A DNA stretch of 64,000 bases from Candidatus Uhrbacteria bacterium RIFOXYB12_FULL_58_10 (GTDB taxonomy: Bacteria; Patescibacteriota; Patescibacteriia; UBA9934; GWF2-40-263): assembly GCA_943359455.1 (NCBI GenBank), contig CALRHL010000001.1, positions 21,184-85,183 on the forward strand, read 5' to 3'. The notes below the pieces were generated by a model. That model was not told where the DNA came from and searched no databases. It saw nothing but the letters and a program-made list of their open reading frames with translations. Below, piece by piece: positions 44,869-55,049 of the stretch (the first letter of the stretch is position 1; the number at the start of each line of letters is the position of its first letter). The position numbers and the translations under genes were made by a program.

Positions 44869-45196
44869 CTATTTGAGCTCACTTTTGATCCCTTCAAAAA
44901 GATAAGACTGAAAATTTGGAACGATTTTTTCGAGCTTCAATCGAACATCTTCGTCGGATGCGTCAGAAAAACCTTCATCCGGGCAAGATCCCGATCGATA
45001 TTTGTTTCAGGAAATTCCTGACCAATTGCATTTTGAACAAGACTGATCTGCCGTAGCATTGGAGGCGGGTATTCATATCCCAGTTCTTTTTCAATCCGGT
45101 ACAGGTCAATCAGACGTTCTCGAACTTTAGCAAGTTGTTCAACTGAAAGCGTAGGAAATTCAAAAATTCTTGTTCCTCACGTGGTAGCTCCGACAT
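44869..45196 (-). pseudogene. Probable frameshifted small hypothetical gene
   Basis: MSELPREEQEF / EFPTLSVEQ... / DEGFSDASDEDVRLKLE... read in successive frames. Confidence 0.4.
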
Positions 45197-45373
45197 AAAG
45201 ATTTCAATTAATCGTTAGCAACCTTTCCTATTATTCTTACTGATGAATAAAATATCATCGCACACCTTTGCTGCAAAAAGCCACGGAAAGATACCCACAG
45301 TTCTGCGGCCGCTCCCAGGCGTCGAAAACCCTTCACCACGTAATCACTAGCATTTTTTACCCATTCCATAAAT

Positions 45374-45409
45374 TTGACTGAATCCATGGTTTGTTATACC
45401 ATGGATTCA
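45374..45409 (+). promoter_or_regulatory. Promoter with overlapping 12-bp inverted-repeat operator
   Basis: TTGACT-17-TACCAT; TGAATCCATGGT-N7-ACCATGGATTCA. Confidence 0.6.
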
Positions 45410-45410
45410 T

Positions 45411-46541
45411 ATGAATTTTAGTCGTGTACAATCTATCGAGGATGTTTTATCACCTGGAAGGGCTTTGATTGTTTATGGTCCCAGACGAATTGGAAAAACT
45501 ACGATAGTCACCGCCTTTTTAAAAAAGGTTGAGCAGTCAGGAAAACGTGTGTTATATAGGGTTGGAGATGATATTCGTTTACAGGAACTATTTAACTCAC
45601 AGGTTCGAATGGACATTTTAGAATTTGCCCGTCCACATGATCTCATCATCATCGATGAGGCTCAAAATATTGAGAAGATTGGTATTGCGACGAAAATGAT
45701 CGTCGACGCAATGCCAGAAAAAACGCTTATTTTGACAGGCTCTTCGTCGTTTGATATTGCCAACAAGGTTGGTGAGCCACTCACTGGACGCCATTTCACC
45801 ATGACACTTCTTCCAATAACACAGGCCGAAATCAATGAAAGTGACTTTGAGAAGCGTCAACGACTTGAAGAATTTCTGGTCTTTGGTTCTTATCCAGAAG
45901 TGCTTGCCCTAAAAACGAGAGATGAAAAAATTCGCGTTCTTCGGGAACTTGTTGCTTCCTATTTGTTCAAGGATATTCTCGTTCTTGATCGAATTCGATC
46001 TCCAGAACTGCTTTTAAAAATAACGAAATGTTTGGCATTCCAAATTGGAAATGAGGTTTCCCTCCAAGAAATTGCCCGCACGACAGGAACGGATGCCAAA
46101 ACAGTACAACGATACATTGATCTCCTTCAAAAAACCTTTGTGATCAAACGAGTTGGTGGATTTAGCAGAAATTTACGAAACGAAATATCAAAACGTTCAA
46201 AGTATTATTTTTATGATCTTGGGGTTCGAAATGCTGTTATTGAACAATGGAATGGATTGAATGATCGCAACGATATAGGTTTTCTTTTTGAAAACTTCCT
46301 CGCAATGGAGTTCACCCGTGCTGCCAATATCGCCGATCGTCCTGATCAACTGTATTTCTGGAGGACACACTCAGGACAAGAAGTCGATTTTATCATCGAA
46401 CGGGAAGGAAAACTCTTTGCTTACGAATCCAAATGGTCAAAGAAGCCATCACGTTGTCTCAAACAATTCCTTTCAGTTTACCCAAATGCAACAGGTGAAA
46501 TTATCACAAAAGAAAATTATCTCGATACGTTACAAAAATAA
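45411..46541 (+). CDS. AAA_14 ATPase with DUF4143 (PD-(D/E)XK-like) C-terminus
   Basis: GPRRIGKT, IIDEAQ, TGSS, KYYFYDLG and EVDFII..YESK. Confidence 0.92.
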   Translation: MNFSRVQSIEDVLSPGRALIVYGPRRIGKTTIVTAFLKKVEQSGKRVLYRVGDDIRLQELFNSQVRMDILEFARPHDLIIIDEAQNIEKIGIATKMIVDAMPEKTLILTGSSSFDIANKVGEPLTGRHFTMTLLPITQAEINESDFEKRQRLEEFLVFGSYPEVLALKTRDEKIRVLRELVASYLFKDILVLDRIRSPELLLKITKCLAFQIGNEVSLQEIARTTGTDAKTVQRYIDLLQKTFVIKRVGGFSRNLRNEISKRSKYYFYDLGVRNAVIEQWNGLNDRNDIGFLFENFLAMEFTRAANIADRPDQLYFWRTHSGQEVDFIIEREGKLFAYESKWSKKPSRCLKQFLSVYPNATGEIITKENYLDTLQK

Positions 46542-47465
46542 CTTCCCTGCTGGAAACAGCATCACATCTTCGATCGACTTTGCTCCGAACGCGATCATGT
46601 GGAGGCGGTCGATTCCGAGGGCGTTGCCGTAGGAAGGGTTTTGGATGTTTGGGAGAAGACGAAGTAATTCCTCGTCGAGCGGGAAGACGGTTTTGCCGAG
46701 TGCGCGGCGTTCTTCGGCTTCCTCGATAAACCTTCTGCGCTGTTCGTCCACGTCCGTTAGTTCTGTAAATGCATTGCACAGCTCAAGACCATCTACATAC
46801 AATTCAAATCGTTCGCCGTATTTGCCGTCTGCAGTCAGGCGAGAAAGAGATGCCTGATAGATTGGGTAATCATAAACGAAGACAGGATCTACACCTAGAT
46901 TTGGTTCGATCTTGTTGAGAAACGAGCGATGGAACGCATCAGAGTCTGTGTCATCACCAACATGCTCAAGATGTTCGAGATCAAGACCTGCTTGTGCAAA
47001 AAGATCAACAATGCGGATACGACGAAAGGGATCGGGCGGGAGATTCGGACAGACCGCCTTCACGAGTGCTTCTGTTTCGTCCATGCATGTCTGATAATCT
47101 GCACCTTGTTGGTACCACTCAAGCATCGTGAATTCTGGGTTGTGGGTCGAAGATCCTGAGCCTGTCGAAAGACCAAGCTCTTCCTCGTTTCGAAATACTT
47201 TTGTGAGCGTAAAAATTTTGTCCATCCCAAGTCCAAGCAGTTTCTTCATTGAATACTCCGGACTGGTGATCAGAGCCACAGCGTGACATGTCTTATCTGG
47301 CTCAATCACGGTTGTCTCAAACGGAACAAGATTTGGTTCCATGCCGGGTGACCTAACAACAATCGGCGTCTCGACCTCGATATAACCTCTCGATGAAAAA
47401 AAAGAACGGATCGTGTTGTTCACGATCTCGCGTTCTTTTGCGATCATTTGAATATCGCGAGCCAT
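46530..47465 (-). CDS. epmA: EF-P lysine aminoacylase EpmA (GenX) with motif-2 loop insertion
   Basis: TSPEYSMKKLL, HNPEFTMLEWY, ELCNAFTEL and GNALGIDRL; no anticodon-binding domain; near efp. Confidence 0.93.
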   Translation of the reverse strand: MARDIQMIAKEREIVNNTIRSFFSSRGYIEVETPIVVRSPGMEPNLVPFETTVIEPDKTCHAVALITSPEYSMKKLLGLGMDKIFTLTKVFRNEEELGLSTGSGSSTHNPEFTMLEWYQQGADYQTCMDETEALVKAVCPNLPPDPFRRIRIVDLFAQAGLDLEHLEHVGDDTDSDAFHRSFLNKIEPNLGVDPVFVYDYPIYQASLSRLTADGKYGERFELYVDGLELCNAFTELTDVDEQRRRFIEEAEERRALGKTVFPLDEELLRLLPNIQNPSYGNALGIDRLHMIAFGAKSIEDVMLFPAGKLFL

Positions 47466-47467
47466 AC

Positions 47468-47710
47468 TTACCTCTGAACGAATGGTACGAGTGCCATTAT
47501 GCGTGCTTTCTTCACAGAATTCTCAAGCTTGCGCTGATGCCATCCACAAACTTTACTGCGCTTGCGTGGGACAATCTTTGCAAATGAGGAAAGAAAACGA
47601 CGCAAAAGATTTGTATCTTTATAATCGACATCCGGGATGTTATTCATACAAAAGAAACACTGACGTTCCTTTCGCATCGCATTTTTTTGATCGTTACGAT
47701 TGTTCATCAT
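47468..47710 (-). CDS. rpsR: 30S ribosomal protein S18
   Basis: CFFC..DYKD..KIVPR..ARIMALVPF. Confidence 0.96.
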   Translation of the reverse strand: MMNNRNDQKNAMRKERQCFFCMNNIPDVDYKDTNLLRRFLSSFAKIVPRKRSKVCGWHQRKLENSVKKARIMALVPFVQR

Positions 47711-47711
47711 A

Positions 47712-48185
47712 TTAGAATGGAATATCTTCTACTTTAATTTCATCGTCTGGATTAGGGGCTGGGTCGTTTTCTAATCGAGCTGAGCTCGATGGTTTGGAAA
47801 CGGGTGGGGCAGAAAATGGAGTTGCTGATGAGCCAGAGGCACCTGATGGATTTCCGGCTTTATCAAGAATAATCAGGTTGTCAGCAACAATTTCAGTGGT
47901 CGAACGCTTTGTTCCGTCTTGTGCTTCCCATTGTCGTGTTTGAAGACGTCCTTCTACGTAAACCTTTCGGCCTTTTCCAAGGTACTGTCCGCAAATTTCT
48001 GCGAGCTTTCCCCAAGCGACCACATTGTGAAATTCGACCGCTTCCTGTTTTTGGCCAGCTGCGTCAGTCCAATTGCGGTTTGTGGCGACACCAAACGAAC
48101 ACACCGACTGTCCAGAAGCGATCTGTTTTACCTCTGGATCTTTTGTGCAGTTCCCAAGGATTGTCGCGCGATTGAGAGAGTACAT
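47712..48185 (-). CDS. ssb: Single-stranded DNA-binding protein
   Basis: LNRATILGN, VYVEGRLQTRQW and C-terminal DIPF. Confidence 0.97.
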   Translation of the reverse strand: MYSLNRATILGNCTKDPEVKQIASGQSVCSFGVATNRNWTDAAGQKQEAVEFHNVVAWGKLAEICGQYLGKGRKVYVEGRLQTRQWEAQDGTKRSTTEIVADNLIILDKAGNPSGASGSSATPFSAPPVSKPSSSARLENDPAPNPDDEIKVEDIPF

Positions 48186-48225
48186 AGAGCTAGTGAGCCG
48201 GAGGCTTTAGGCTTAAGGCATTAGG

Positions 48226-48735
48226 CTAGACGTCGGCATCGAGAATTTCGTCGAGTTTTTTGTCGAGCTCTTCCATGGACATGCTTGCAACCTCTTCAGC
48301 TTTTGCAACGGGAGCGACCGATTCGGGTTGCACGACCGTCGTGAAAGGTTTGCGTGTATCTGTACTTCGTCGTTCCTGTTTTAACTCGCGCGCTTCTTCG
48401 GAAAGAGGGGCGACATAAGATGCGATTTCAAACTTTTTATTCTCCGCACCAGCTGGCATGTCGACAATGAGATGTCGAAGCACTTCGTCGGAGAGTCGAA
48501 ACTGGCGATCGATGCCTGCGATCGTGTTTGGCTCTGCAGTAAAATACACGAGCACATACGTGCCATGTCGCTGATGTTTAATTGGATACGCCAACTTAAT
48601 TTTTCCTAAAGACTCGTTACGGGTAACCGTAGCACCCGTGGCCGTAATCATCCCCGCCACCTTTTCGCGTAAACCGTCGATTTCGGTATCCGCAAACTGT
48701 GTCGGAATGATGTAGAGCAGTTCGTAATTTCCCAT
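48226..48735 (-). CDS. rpsF: 30S ribosomal protein S6
   Basis: YELLYII, KLAYPI and VLRHLIV. Confidence 0.95.
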   Translation of the reverse strand: MGNYELLYIIPTQFADTEIDGLREKVAGMITATGATVTRNESLGKIKLAYPIKHQRHGTYVLVYFTAEPNTIAGIDRQFRLSDEVLRHLIVDMPAGAENKKFEIASYVAPLSEEARELKQERRSTDTRKPFTTVVQPESVAPVAKAEEVASMSMEELDKKLDEILDADV

Positions 48736-48848
48736 AGATTACTGGTCCCGCCAAAGGCGGGACAACCCCGTAGGGTTATGGACAGTGAATTATGGCTGGA
48801 TCTTAGCGAATGATATGATTTTGGTCAAGAATCGTTCAATTCCTTCAG

Positions 48849-49109
48849 CTATTTTCCATACAGTTGGTGGTGGGTGCCGACGCGGTAAAAAATGTATGAA
48901 TCGTCTGCTTCGCGGAACACTGCACGGAGATCTCCACCAACATTGATGCTACGAAAACCATTCCTCGTTCCATGCAACGCATGATTATTTACAAGTGGAT
49001 GATGTGGATTATGCATGAATAACTTCAACTGTTCACGAAAACGCTCCTGTTGCGCTGGTCGAAGTTTTTTATAGTCTGATTCCCATGAACGATGAAAATC
49101 GATCATCAT
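48849..49109 (-). CDS. RelE/YafQ-family toxin
   Basis: NHALHG..RSINVGGDLR..VGTHHQLY. Confidence 0.88.
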   Translation of the reverse strand: MMIDFHRSWESDYKKLRPAQQERFREQLKLFMHNPHHPLVNNHALHGTRNGFRSINVGGDLRAVFREADDSYIFYRVGTHHQLYGK

Positions 49110-49390
49110 ACGAGTGAGTCGAGATAGTCATCCAGTTCATTTTCGTTTGAAACGCGGTTCAAAATCTTTTTTCCAAACTTTGCTTCATCCTTCAGTGCTT
49201 TTTTTAGGGACAATTCAAGAGAAGGGTTCATGCGATCCGCTGTCGAAAAACGAATGGATTGCTCTTGAACAAACTGTTGCAAAAATCCATTCACCACCGC
49301 GTTCACGGATAAACCAAATGATTCCGCCAGCCGTGCGGTTTCTTTTTTTAGACGAAGATCGGTCTTGATAATCAATGTTGCTTGTGGCAT
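49106..49390 (-). CDS. RelB/DinJ-family antitoxin
   Basis: RHH pattern IKTD..LK...GLSVNAVVNGFL. Confidence 0.85.
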   Translation of the reverse strand: MPQATLIIKTDLRLKKETARLAESFGLSVNAVVNGFLQQFVQEQSIRFSTADRMNPSLELSLKKALKDEAKFGKKILNRVSNENELDDYLDSLV

Positions 49391-49477
49391 ACCAAATAGA
49401 TAGTATTATGGTTATACCCTACTACCAAACAATCTGTCTGTAAAGCCCGTCTGAGGGACTGTTGAAATACTCTATTT

Positions 49478-49636
49478 ATACCATCTCTAATTAACCATCC
49501 GGCACCATCCCGTCCAAAATCGGGCTTCGACTTTGAGAAAAATCTTCAACATATCTACGGATATGCCTCAGACTTTTCTCTTCGTCTCGCCACAATTTAG
49601 AACGGGCTATGCCGAAGCGTTAGTTGGAGATGGTAT
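49478..49636. mobile_element. ~160-bp MITE-like long imperfect hairpin
   Basis: Ends ATACCATCTCTAATTAAC / GTTAGTTGGAGATGGTAT with nested internal stems. Confidence 0.6.
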
Positions 49637-49641
49637 TATTA

Positions 49642-49714
49642 CCTGAGCTTGTCGAAGGTCTCTTCTATTTTCCTAGCGAACTCGACCTTCGACTACGCTC
49701 CGCTTCGCTCAGGG
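49642..49714. repeat. Inverted REP pair
   Basis: CCTGAGCTTGTCGAAGGTC ... GACCTTCGACTACGCTCCGCTTCGCTCAGG. Confidence 0.7.
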
Positions 49715-49777
49715 AATATATATATGAGTATTGCAACGGTCTCTCTGACGGCCTCAAAAAAAACAGTAGGGTCGAAC

Positions 49778-50362
49778 CTACTGCAGATCGAATGGCGGGA
49801 GGTGATATTTGTCTGCCAAGAAGAGAATGTTTGCGGCTGAGTCGTCGAAGGTGTCGCCTTGTTGTGTTGCGGCCGTGAAGTAGATGTCGAGAATGCGGTC
49901 GTGCTCCTCAATGACATCCTTCGGTTTATTCGGAAACGTTGCCAGCAATCGATCGAGTCCTTTCCAAGCAGGAATACGCATGACTCCGAGCGGAACGCTC
50001 TCTCGTGTATTTAGGATCACTTCTCGCGTAAGCGGAATCAACTTTCCGCCCGTCTGGTGGTTCACGATAAGAACGCGGGCCATGTAGTAATCTGTGTACG
50101 CTTGATAGAGTGATAACGGGTTTGTATCGATCACCTCCATTTTGGCAACCGTTTCAGCAACAGATCTGACAACACGCCGTGGCGTCGGTACCTCAGACGG
50201 TAGAGTAGCTATTTGGACAGGTGGCGAATCAGGCGATCGCAAGCACCATCTTGAAACAAAGACGACCAGGGGAATGATCAGTACGCACAGAAGGCGCACT
50301 GAGAAGGGATGCATGAGATCTCCATAAATAGACAGGATAGAAGAAAAAGTCGGAATAGTCAA
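49778..50362 (-). CDS. Hypothetical membrane-anchored protein (start uncertain)
   Basis: N-terminal TM segment; possible SD-led start at 50314. Confidence 0.55.
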   Translation of the reverse strand: MTIPTFSSILSIYGDLMHPFSVRLLCVLIIPLVVFVSRWCLRSPDSPPVQIATLPSEVPTPRRVVRSVAETVAKMEVIDTNPLSLYQAYTDYYMARVLIVNHQTGGKLIPLTREVILNTRESVPLGVMRIPAWKGLDRLLATFPNKPKDVIEEHDRILDIYFTAATQQGDTFDDSAANILFLADKYHLPPFDLQ

Positions 50363-50370
50363 TGGATATT

Positions 50371-51513
50371 CTAGAACCCTCTATCCGCCATCCAATCTGC
50401 ATTCGACATTCCACCAATGCTTGCTGAAAGATTTTTTTGTCGTACATGTTCTGCACGTTCACTAACAACCACTTCTGGTCGTAGATCTCTGATGATTTGA
50501 CGTCCCTCATTCGGGAAATACTGTTGTACAACAGAAACAACTGAGGGAAGATCTATGGATTGATTTTTTTGTGAACGTCCATACACACGACTTGTTCTTC
50601 GGCGTTCCTTTTCAAACTGACTGAGCACTTCCTTTCGTGCGTCCGTTTGTTCTTCGAGAGGTAAGTCATTAAATTTATTTTCCTCCCTCGTATAGATGGC
50701 TTGAGCGTTTCGGGCATACTCCTTTAATTTATGCTCCTGCTGAAGAAGGACGTGAGATATTTCACGTTCATTTTGTAACTTCAATAAACACTCAGTACGT
50801 AACAGTTGATTCCAGACCCCTGCTACTGAAGCGGTAATCTTTCCTGTTGTGATAAGATGATCAATGAGAGGGGTGTATTCCGCCTCGATGCGCGGGAGGT
50901 GTTGGATCCCGTTCTGTTGAAATTCACCTTGAATCACCTTTACGTCCGCTTCAGAGAGAATCGATTGAAGCTGTTCGAGAAGCCGAAACTCAACCTGTTG
51001 CTGATGTTCTGGTTGTCGATATTCAGCAATCGCTTCTTTTTCAAATTGAAGCAGATGCGCCGCAAGCCATCCTTCTGGAAGATGATCGCGCTTCGCTGCT
51101 TCTTTCACGTGTGCCATGAGCACCTTAATGTCACTCTCAAGAAGTGGTTTCCCCTCAACCTCAACAACCGTACGAGAAATATTTTTCAGTGTCTTTTCAT
51201 ACGCTTCATGAATTTTTGCCTCGAATTCTTTTTTCATCCCGCTTTTTTCCAAAGCCTCCTTCACCTGTTTACGAGCCTGTTCTTCAGGAATTTTATCAAT
51301 GTCAACGATAGATTCAACGAGTCGTTCGACGGTGTCTTCAAAAACATCTCCTGAGACACGAGGTGCGGAAAGCTCAGAATCGAGAAATTGACGAAAGGTC
51401 GTCAAGATCGTGTTCTCTTTACCTTCCACACTGCGACGATCTGAATCACTCTCAATTTGTTTGAGATTTTTCTGAAGTTCAATGCCTTTTCTTGCACGAG
51501 CGAGTAAATTCAT
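50371..51513 (-). CDS. Hypothetical coiled-coil protein
   Basis: 380-aa charged helical ORF. Confidence 0.7.
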   Translation of the reverse strand: MNLLARARKGIELQKNLKQIESDSDRRSVEGKENTILTTFRQFLDSELSAPRVSGDVFEDTVERLVESIVDIDKIPEEQARKQVKEALEKSGMKKEFEAKIHEAYEKTLKNISRTVVEVEGKPLLESDIKVLMAHVKEAAKRDHLPEGWLAAHLLQFEKEAIAEYRQPEHQQQVEFRLLEQLQSILSEADVKVIQGEFQQNGIQHLPRIEAEYTPLIDHLITTGKITASVAGVWNQLLRTECLLKLQNEREISHVLLQQEHKLKEYARNAQAIYTREENKFNDLPLEEQTDARKEVLSQFEKERRRTSRVYGRSQKNQSIDLPSVVSVVQQYFPNEGRQIIRDLRPEVVVSERAEHVRQKNLSASIGGMSNADWMADRGF

Positions 51514-51522
51514 ACGAGGTCT

Positions 51523-52818
51523 TTAATTTTCGTCAGAGATTGGAAGATCTTCAGTGACGACCACGTCGGTCGATTCCGTCTCGACGGCATCAGATAGCAC
51601 TTCAACGGATTCGCAAAGCTCACCGCAGGCAAGCTCAGTGAGTATAGGTGATTCAACGTCCTCACTCATTCCTTCATTCCCATTCGCATCCGTTGAGGAA
51701 ACGAGAATATGATAAGTCGTACCAGAATCTAATCCAGTCAGATACAGAATGTGATCGAGAACAAGTGTACTATCAGAAACGGACCCAAGTTCGTAGGAAT
51801 CCGTCAACCCATATTCGACAATCGAATCCGCCAGCTCGTCAGTGAGCCACTGAACAGTCGCCGTTGTTGTCGAGACTTGTGTGACTTGTGGATCTATGAT
51901 GATCGGAGCAGTTAAATCTCCGGTCGTGAATTCAATCAGTTCATAGACAGCTCCATTCCCAGCAACATCAGCACTTGTAATTCGTGCGTAATATCGAACC
52001 CCTGGTGTGAGACCTGTTATTGTCTCTGAGTGTGTGAGGAGAAGTTGAATATCAGACAACTGTCCGAGCGCGTATTCGCTGTCTGTTCCCCATTCAAGAA
52101 GCGTATCCGCATAATCATCCGTTAACCAAGAAATGGTTGCGGTCGTTTCTGTTACATCTTCAATCTCGACCCGATAAATGACAGGAGCTGTTGTGTCAGA
52201 CGGAGGAAGATCAGAGATACCCGCCTCACCACCCACTCCAACACGGGCTGTTACAGACACCTGATTTGAATCTGCAACGGAGAACGCTGCGTACCCGCTA
52301 TCTCCAAAAGGACCAGCGATCGAGAGTTGAACAGACGAGGCGAACGTTGGATTTCCAACACCCGCAATTGTAACCTGAACGCATAAACCCGCAGCAATTT
52401 CCCCAATTGTTGCGTTTGTCGGTGGAGTGAACGTCAAGTTCTGGCCTGACAACTCAACTCCCCATGTATTCGCTGCTGCCGTTATGGCAAGAATTTTATC
52501 GCTATAAGCCCCATCACATTCCCCATCATTATCAACTGCCAACGTGATGTCGCCTGGTGTGCTTACCCCCGAAAGGTCCGCTTGCGACCCATACGTAAAC
52601 ACGATCACATCCCCCGGCGCGTCTACGCCGCTCGGCGTAACAAACGTAACCGTATGATCCGCGGTTGCACCAATGTTTCCATCGGTCGCTTCGACCATGA
52701 AACCAGTGATGTTTTCCGCGTGTACGATTCCGACCATCGAAAGTGTCGACGTCAGAACCATGCATGCGGCTATCATCAAGCGAATGAACATAAGCCGTAG
52801 CTGGCCGGGGTCTGACAC
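51523..52818 (-). CDS. Secreted surface protein with two FN3-like domains
   Basis: Signal peptide; two ATxxWLTD..GL...Y modules. Confidence 0.8.
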   Translation of the reverse strand: MSDPGQLRLMFIRLMIAACMVLTSTLSMVGIVHAENITGFMVEATDGNIGATADHTVTFVTPSGVDAPGDVIVFTYGSQADLSGVSTPGDITLAVDNDGECDGAYSDKILAITAAANTWGVELSGQNLTFTPPTNATIGEIAAGLCVQVTIAGVGNPTFASSVQLSIAGPFGDSGYAAFSVADSNQVSVTARVGVGGEAGISDLPPSDTTAPVIYRVEIEDVTETTATISWLTDDYADTLLEWGTDSEYALGQLSDIQLLLTHSETITGLTPGVRYYARITSADVAGNGAVYELIEFTTGDLTAPIIIDPQVTQVSTTTATVQWLTDELADSIVEYGLTDSYELGSVSDSTLVLDHILYLTGLDSGTTYHILVSSTDANGNEGMSEDVESPILTELACGELCESVEVLSDAVETESTDVVVTEDLPISDEN

Positions 52819-52847
52819 GTGCCAAACCCCGAACCATGCTATCTAAT

Positions 52848-53804
52848 TTATCGTCGTTTACTCATCGCCTGTGTCACCACCCACTTGTTGTACTGCACGA
52901 CGAGAAGTGCGGCGACAACGAGAAGAATGATGAAGAGAACGACCATCATCCAAGGCATAACCCAGAATGATGTTGTGGCAGACACAACTTGGTTTGCATC
53001 ACCATAGTTCATGATGAGCGTTGCTGTGTAAGGTCCGAATCCGAAGTTCTTCCACTCTTTTGCGAGTTCAGAAGAGTCTTCGTCGAGGTCGGCTTTTGAC
53101 CAAGAAGCAGTAAACGTGCGAGCTGAATCTGGAAGAACATTTCCACCATCTTCATTCACAGGGATAACCGCTGATGTTCCTCCCCACATGTTTGTGATGC
53201 GGATAACTCCTGCTGGCTTCAAGTGAACAGTTCCAGAGTTCTGGAGTGTTGCAGTGAAGTCAACTGGGAGAGATGCTCCGGACGCGGCCGAAGAAGAAAA
53301 ACCCGTGAGGGTTGCTCGTTCAATCGATGCGCCTGAAACGGTTACAAGAAGCAGGGAGCCAGTCTTGGCAACTGCACCAACTGAATTCCCGCTTGTTGTT
53401 GGAGCTACTGTTCCTGCAAGAACACCTGCATAGTATCCACCTGGAGAAGCAGATGCTGGAACGCTCACTGTAAAGTTTACATTCGCGAATCCACCTGGCT
53501 GAAGTATGACGGAGCTTTGTGAGAATTTAACCCACGCAGCCATTGAACGGTTGGACAGTCCAGGTTCTATGAACTGAGGTGATCCAGACGTATCTCCAGA
53601 CTTAAAATCTGAAACTTCCATGTAGAACGTTTCTGTTGCTGATCCTTCGTTAATAAGACGGATTGAACCGGTTACTGTGTCCCCTGCCGCAACTTCAAAC
53701 TCGTATTTCACTGGAGCTACTGTGAGTGCACGAGCTGGAGCGAGCCCAACGAGTGGGCTAACGACGAAGGCAACCAGCAACGCGTATAATGATTTCCTCC
53801 ACAT
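52848..53804 (-). CDS. DUF916-like (WxL-interacting) membrane-anchored protein
   Basis: Signal peptide, VPASASPGGYY, NSGTVHL and C-terminal PW + TM. Confidence 0.72.
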   Translation of the reverse strand: MWRKSLYALLVAFVVSPLVGLAPARALTVAPVKYEFEVAAGDTVTGSIRLINEGSATETFYMEVSDFKSGDTSGSPQFIEPGLSNRSMAAWVKFSQSSVILQPGGFANVNFTVSVPASASPGGYYAGVLAGTVAPTTSGNSVGAVAKTGSLLLVTVSGASIERATLTGFSSSAASGASLPVDFTATLQNSGTVHLKPAGVIRITNMWGGTSAVIPVNEDGGNVLPDSARTFTASWSKADLDEDSSELAKEWKNFGFGPYTATLIMNYGDANQVVSATTSFWVMPWMMVVLFIILLVVAALLVVQYNKWVVTQAMSKRR

Positions 53805-53828
53805 ATGGTTGGAATGTACAATTAGGCG

Positions 53829-55049
53829 TTAGAATTTGCCTGTTGCGATAAAGGTGAGTGTTTCGGAGTAGTCGTTTCCAGCTTTAGTTACAACACTGAT
53901 CGCTGCTTTTACAAGAATTTCGGCACGGCCTCCTTGAATTCCAGCGGGAGCAGAGATAATAGGACCTCCACCTAACATGATGTCTCCGACTCGTTGGGTG
54001 CCTCCACCATTATCGAAGGTACAAACAGCGCCATTGTCTGTTGGGTCGTATTTAGGATCCTTCACAAGGTTCGCACTTGGAGTTCCTTGTGTTACAGATT
54101 CAAGGCACAATCCAAATGTTTCCGTTCCTGCAGCGATAGTTGCTTCACCTCCCGCAGGAGCAAGTAAGGTGTTATTTGCTAACGCTGAACGTAATCCTCC
54201 ATTTAGTCCTCTTACAGTCAAGGTGGCTCCTCCAGAAGCATTCGTATCAAGGTCGAGGAAAATGGAGTTAATCGTTGATTGATTCGATGTTGTGAGTGTC
54301 CCACTTGAAAGGGTTCCAAGTGCAATGGTATGTGGTCCGTTGTTGTTCGAATTCTGTGCTGTTCCTGTATCGATATCAAACGAGATTGTTGCATCGATAT
54401 TTGCCGAAACGACAACGTTACTATTTTCAGTGATTGCTAGAGCAAAGTCACCAGTACTAGATGTACCAGCGGTGATTTGAACTTCGTAGTTAGCTAAGGA
54501 TGTTGGGTTTTTGTACTGGGAGTTAGAACTGACAACGCCAAAATCATTGGAGACTCCGTTTGCAGTTTCACCAATCTGAATACAAACATCCGAATTTGCA
54601 GCGATAATTGCGCTTGCTCCTCCTGATGTGAAGGTAAGTACACGTTGAAGCTGGCCACTAAATACTGTATTCCATTGAGATGCAGAGGCACCAGACGCTA
54701 CAAGACCTTCGGAAGCTTCACTACCAGCATCCTCACACTGAGGATCTGTTGTAGTATCTTCAGTCATGTCGACATCCGTTACATCCAGAATTCCCTGAGG
54801 ATCTCCACCTGATCCATCAAATGTTGCTGGAAAAGTAATCACGATTGTTTGACCTGATGCCACACCAGCCATTGACTGAAATTTAATGTTGTGATCGGAT
54901 AAACTAGAGACTGTCTGGTTATTCGTGATGTCCTCGATTGCATTGAGTCCACCAACCGCCTGCGCAAACGATGGACGGACAGAAGCAAACATCCCGAGAA
55001 CCAACGAGAAAATCGTGAGTTTCACGATATATGAATTTAATTTATGCAC
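53829..55049 (-). CDS. Secreted surface protein with WxL-like C-terminus
   Basis: Signal peptide, TNASGG, ETFG and terminal YSETLTFIATGKF. Confidence 0.72.
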   Translation of the reverse strand: MHKLNSYIVKLTIFSLVLGMFASVRPSFAQAVGGLNAIEDITNNQTVSSLSDHNIKFQSMAGVASGQTIVITFPATFDGSGGDPQGILDVTDVDMTEDTTTDPQCEDAGSEASEGLVASGASASQWNTVFSGQLQRVLTFTSGGASAIIAANSDVCIQIGETANGVSNDFGVVSSNSQYKNPTSLANYEVQITAGTSSTGDFALAITENSNVVVSANIDATISFDIDTGTAQNSNNNGPHTIALGTLSSGTLTTSNQSTINSIFLDLDTNASGGATLTVRGLNGGLRSALANNTLLAPAGGEATIAAGTETFGLCLESVTQGTPSANLVKDPKYDPTDNGAVCTFDNGGGTQRVGDIMLGGGPIISAPAGIQGGRAEILVKAAISVVTKAGNDYSETLTFIATGKF

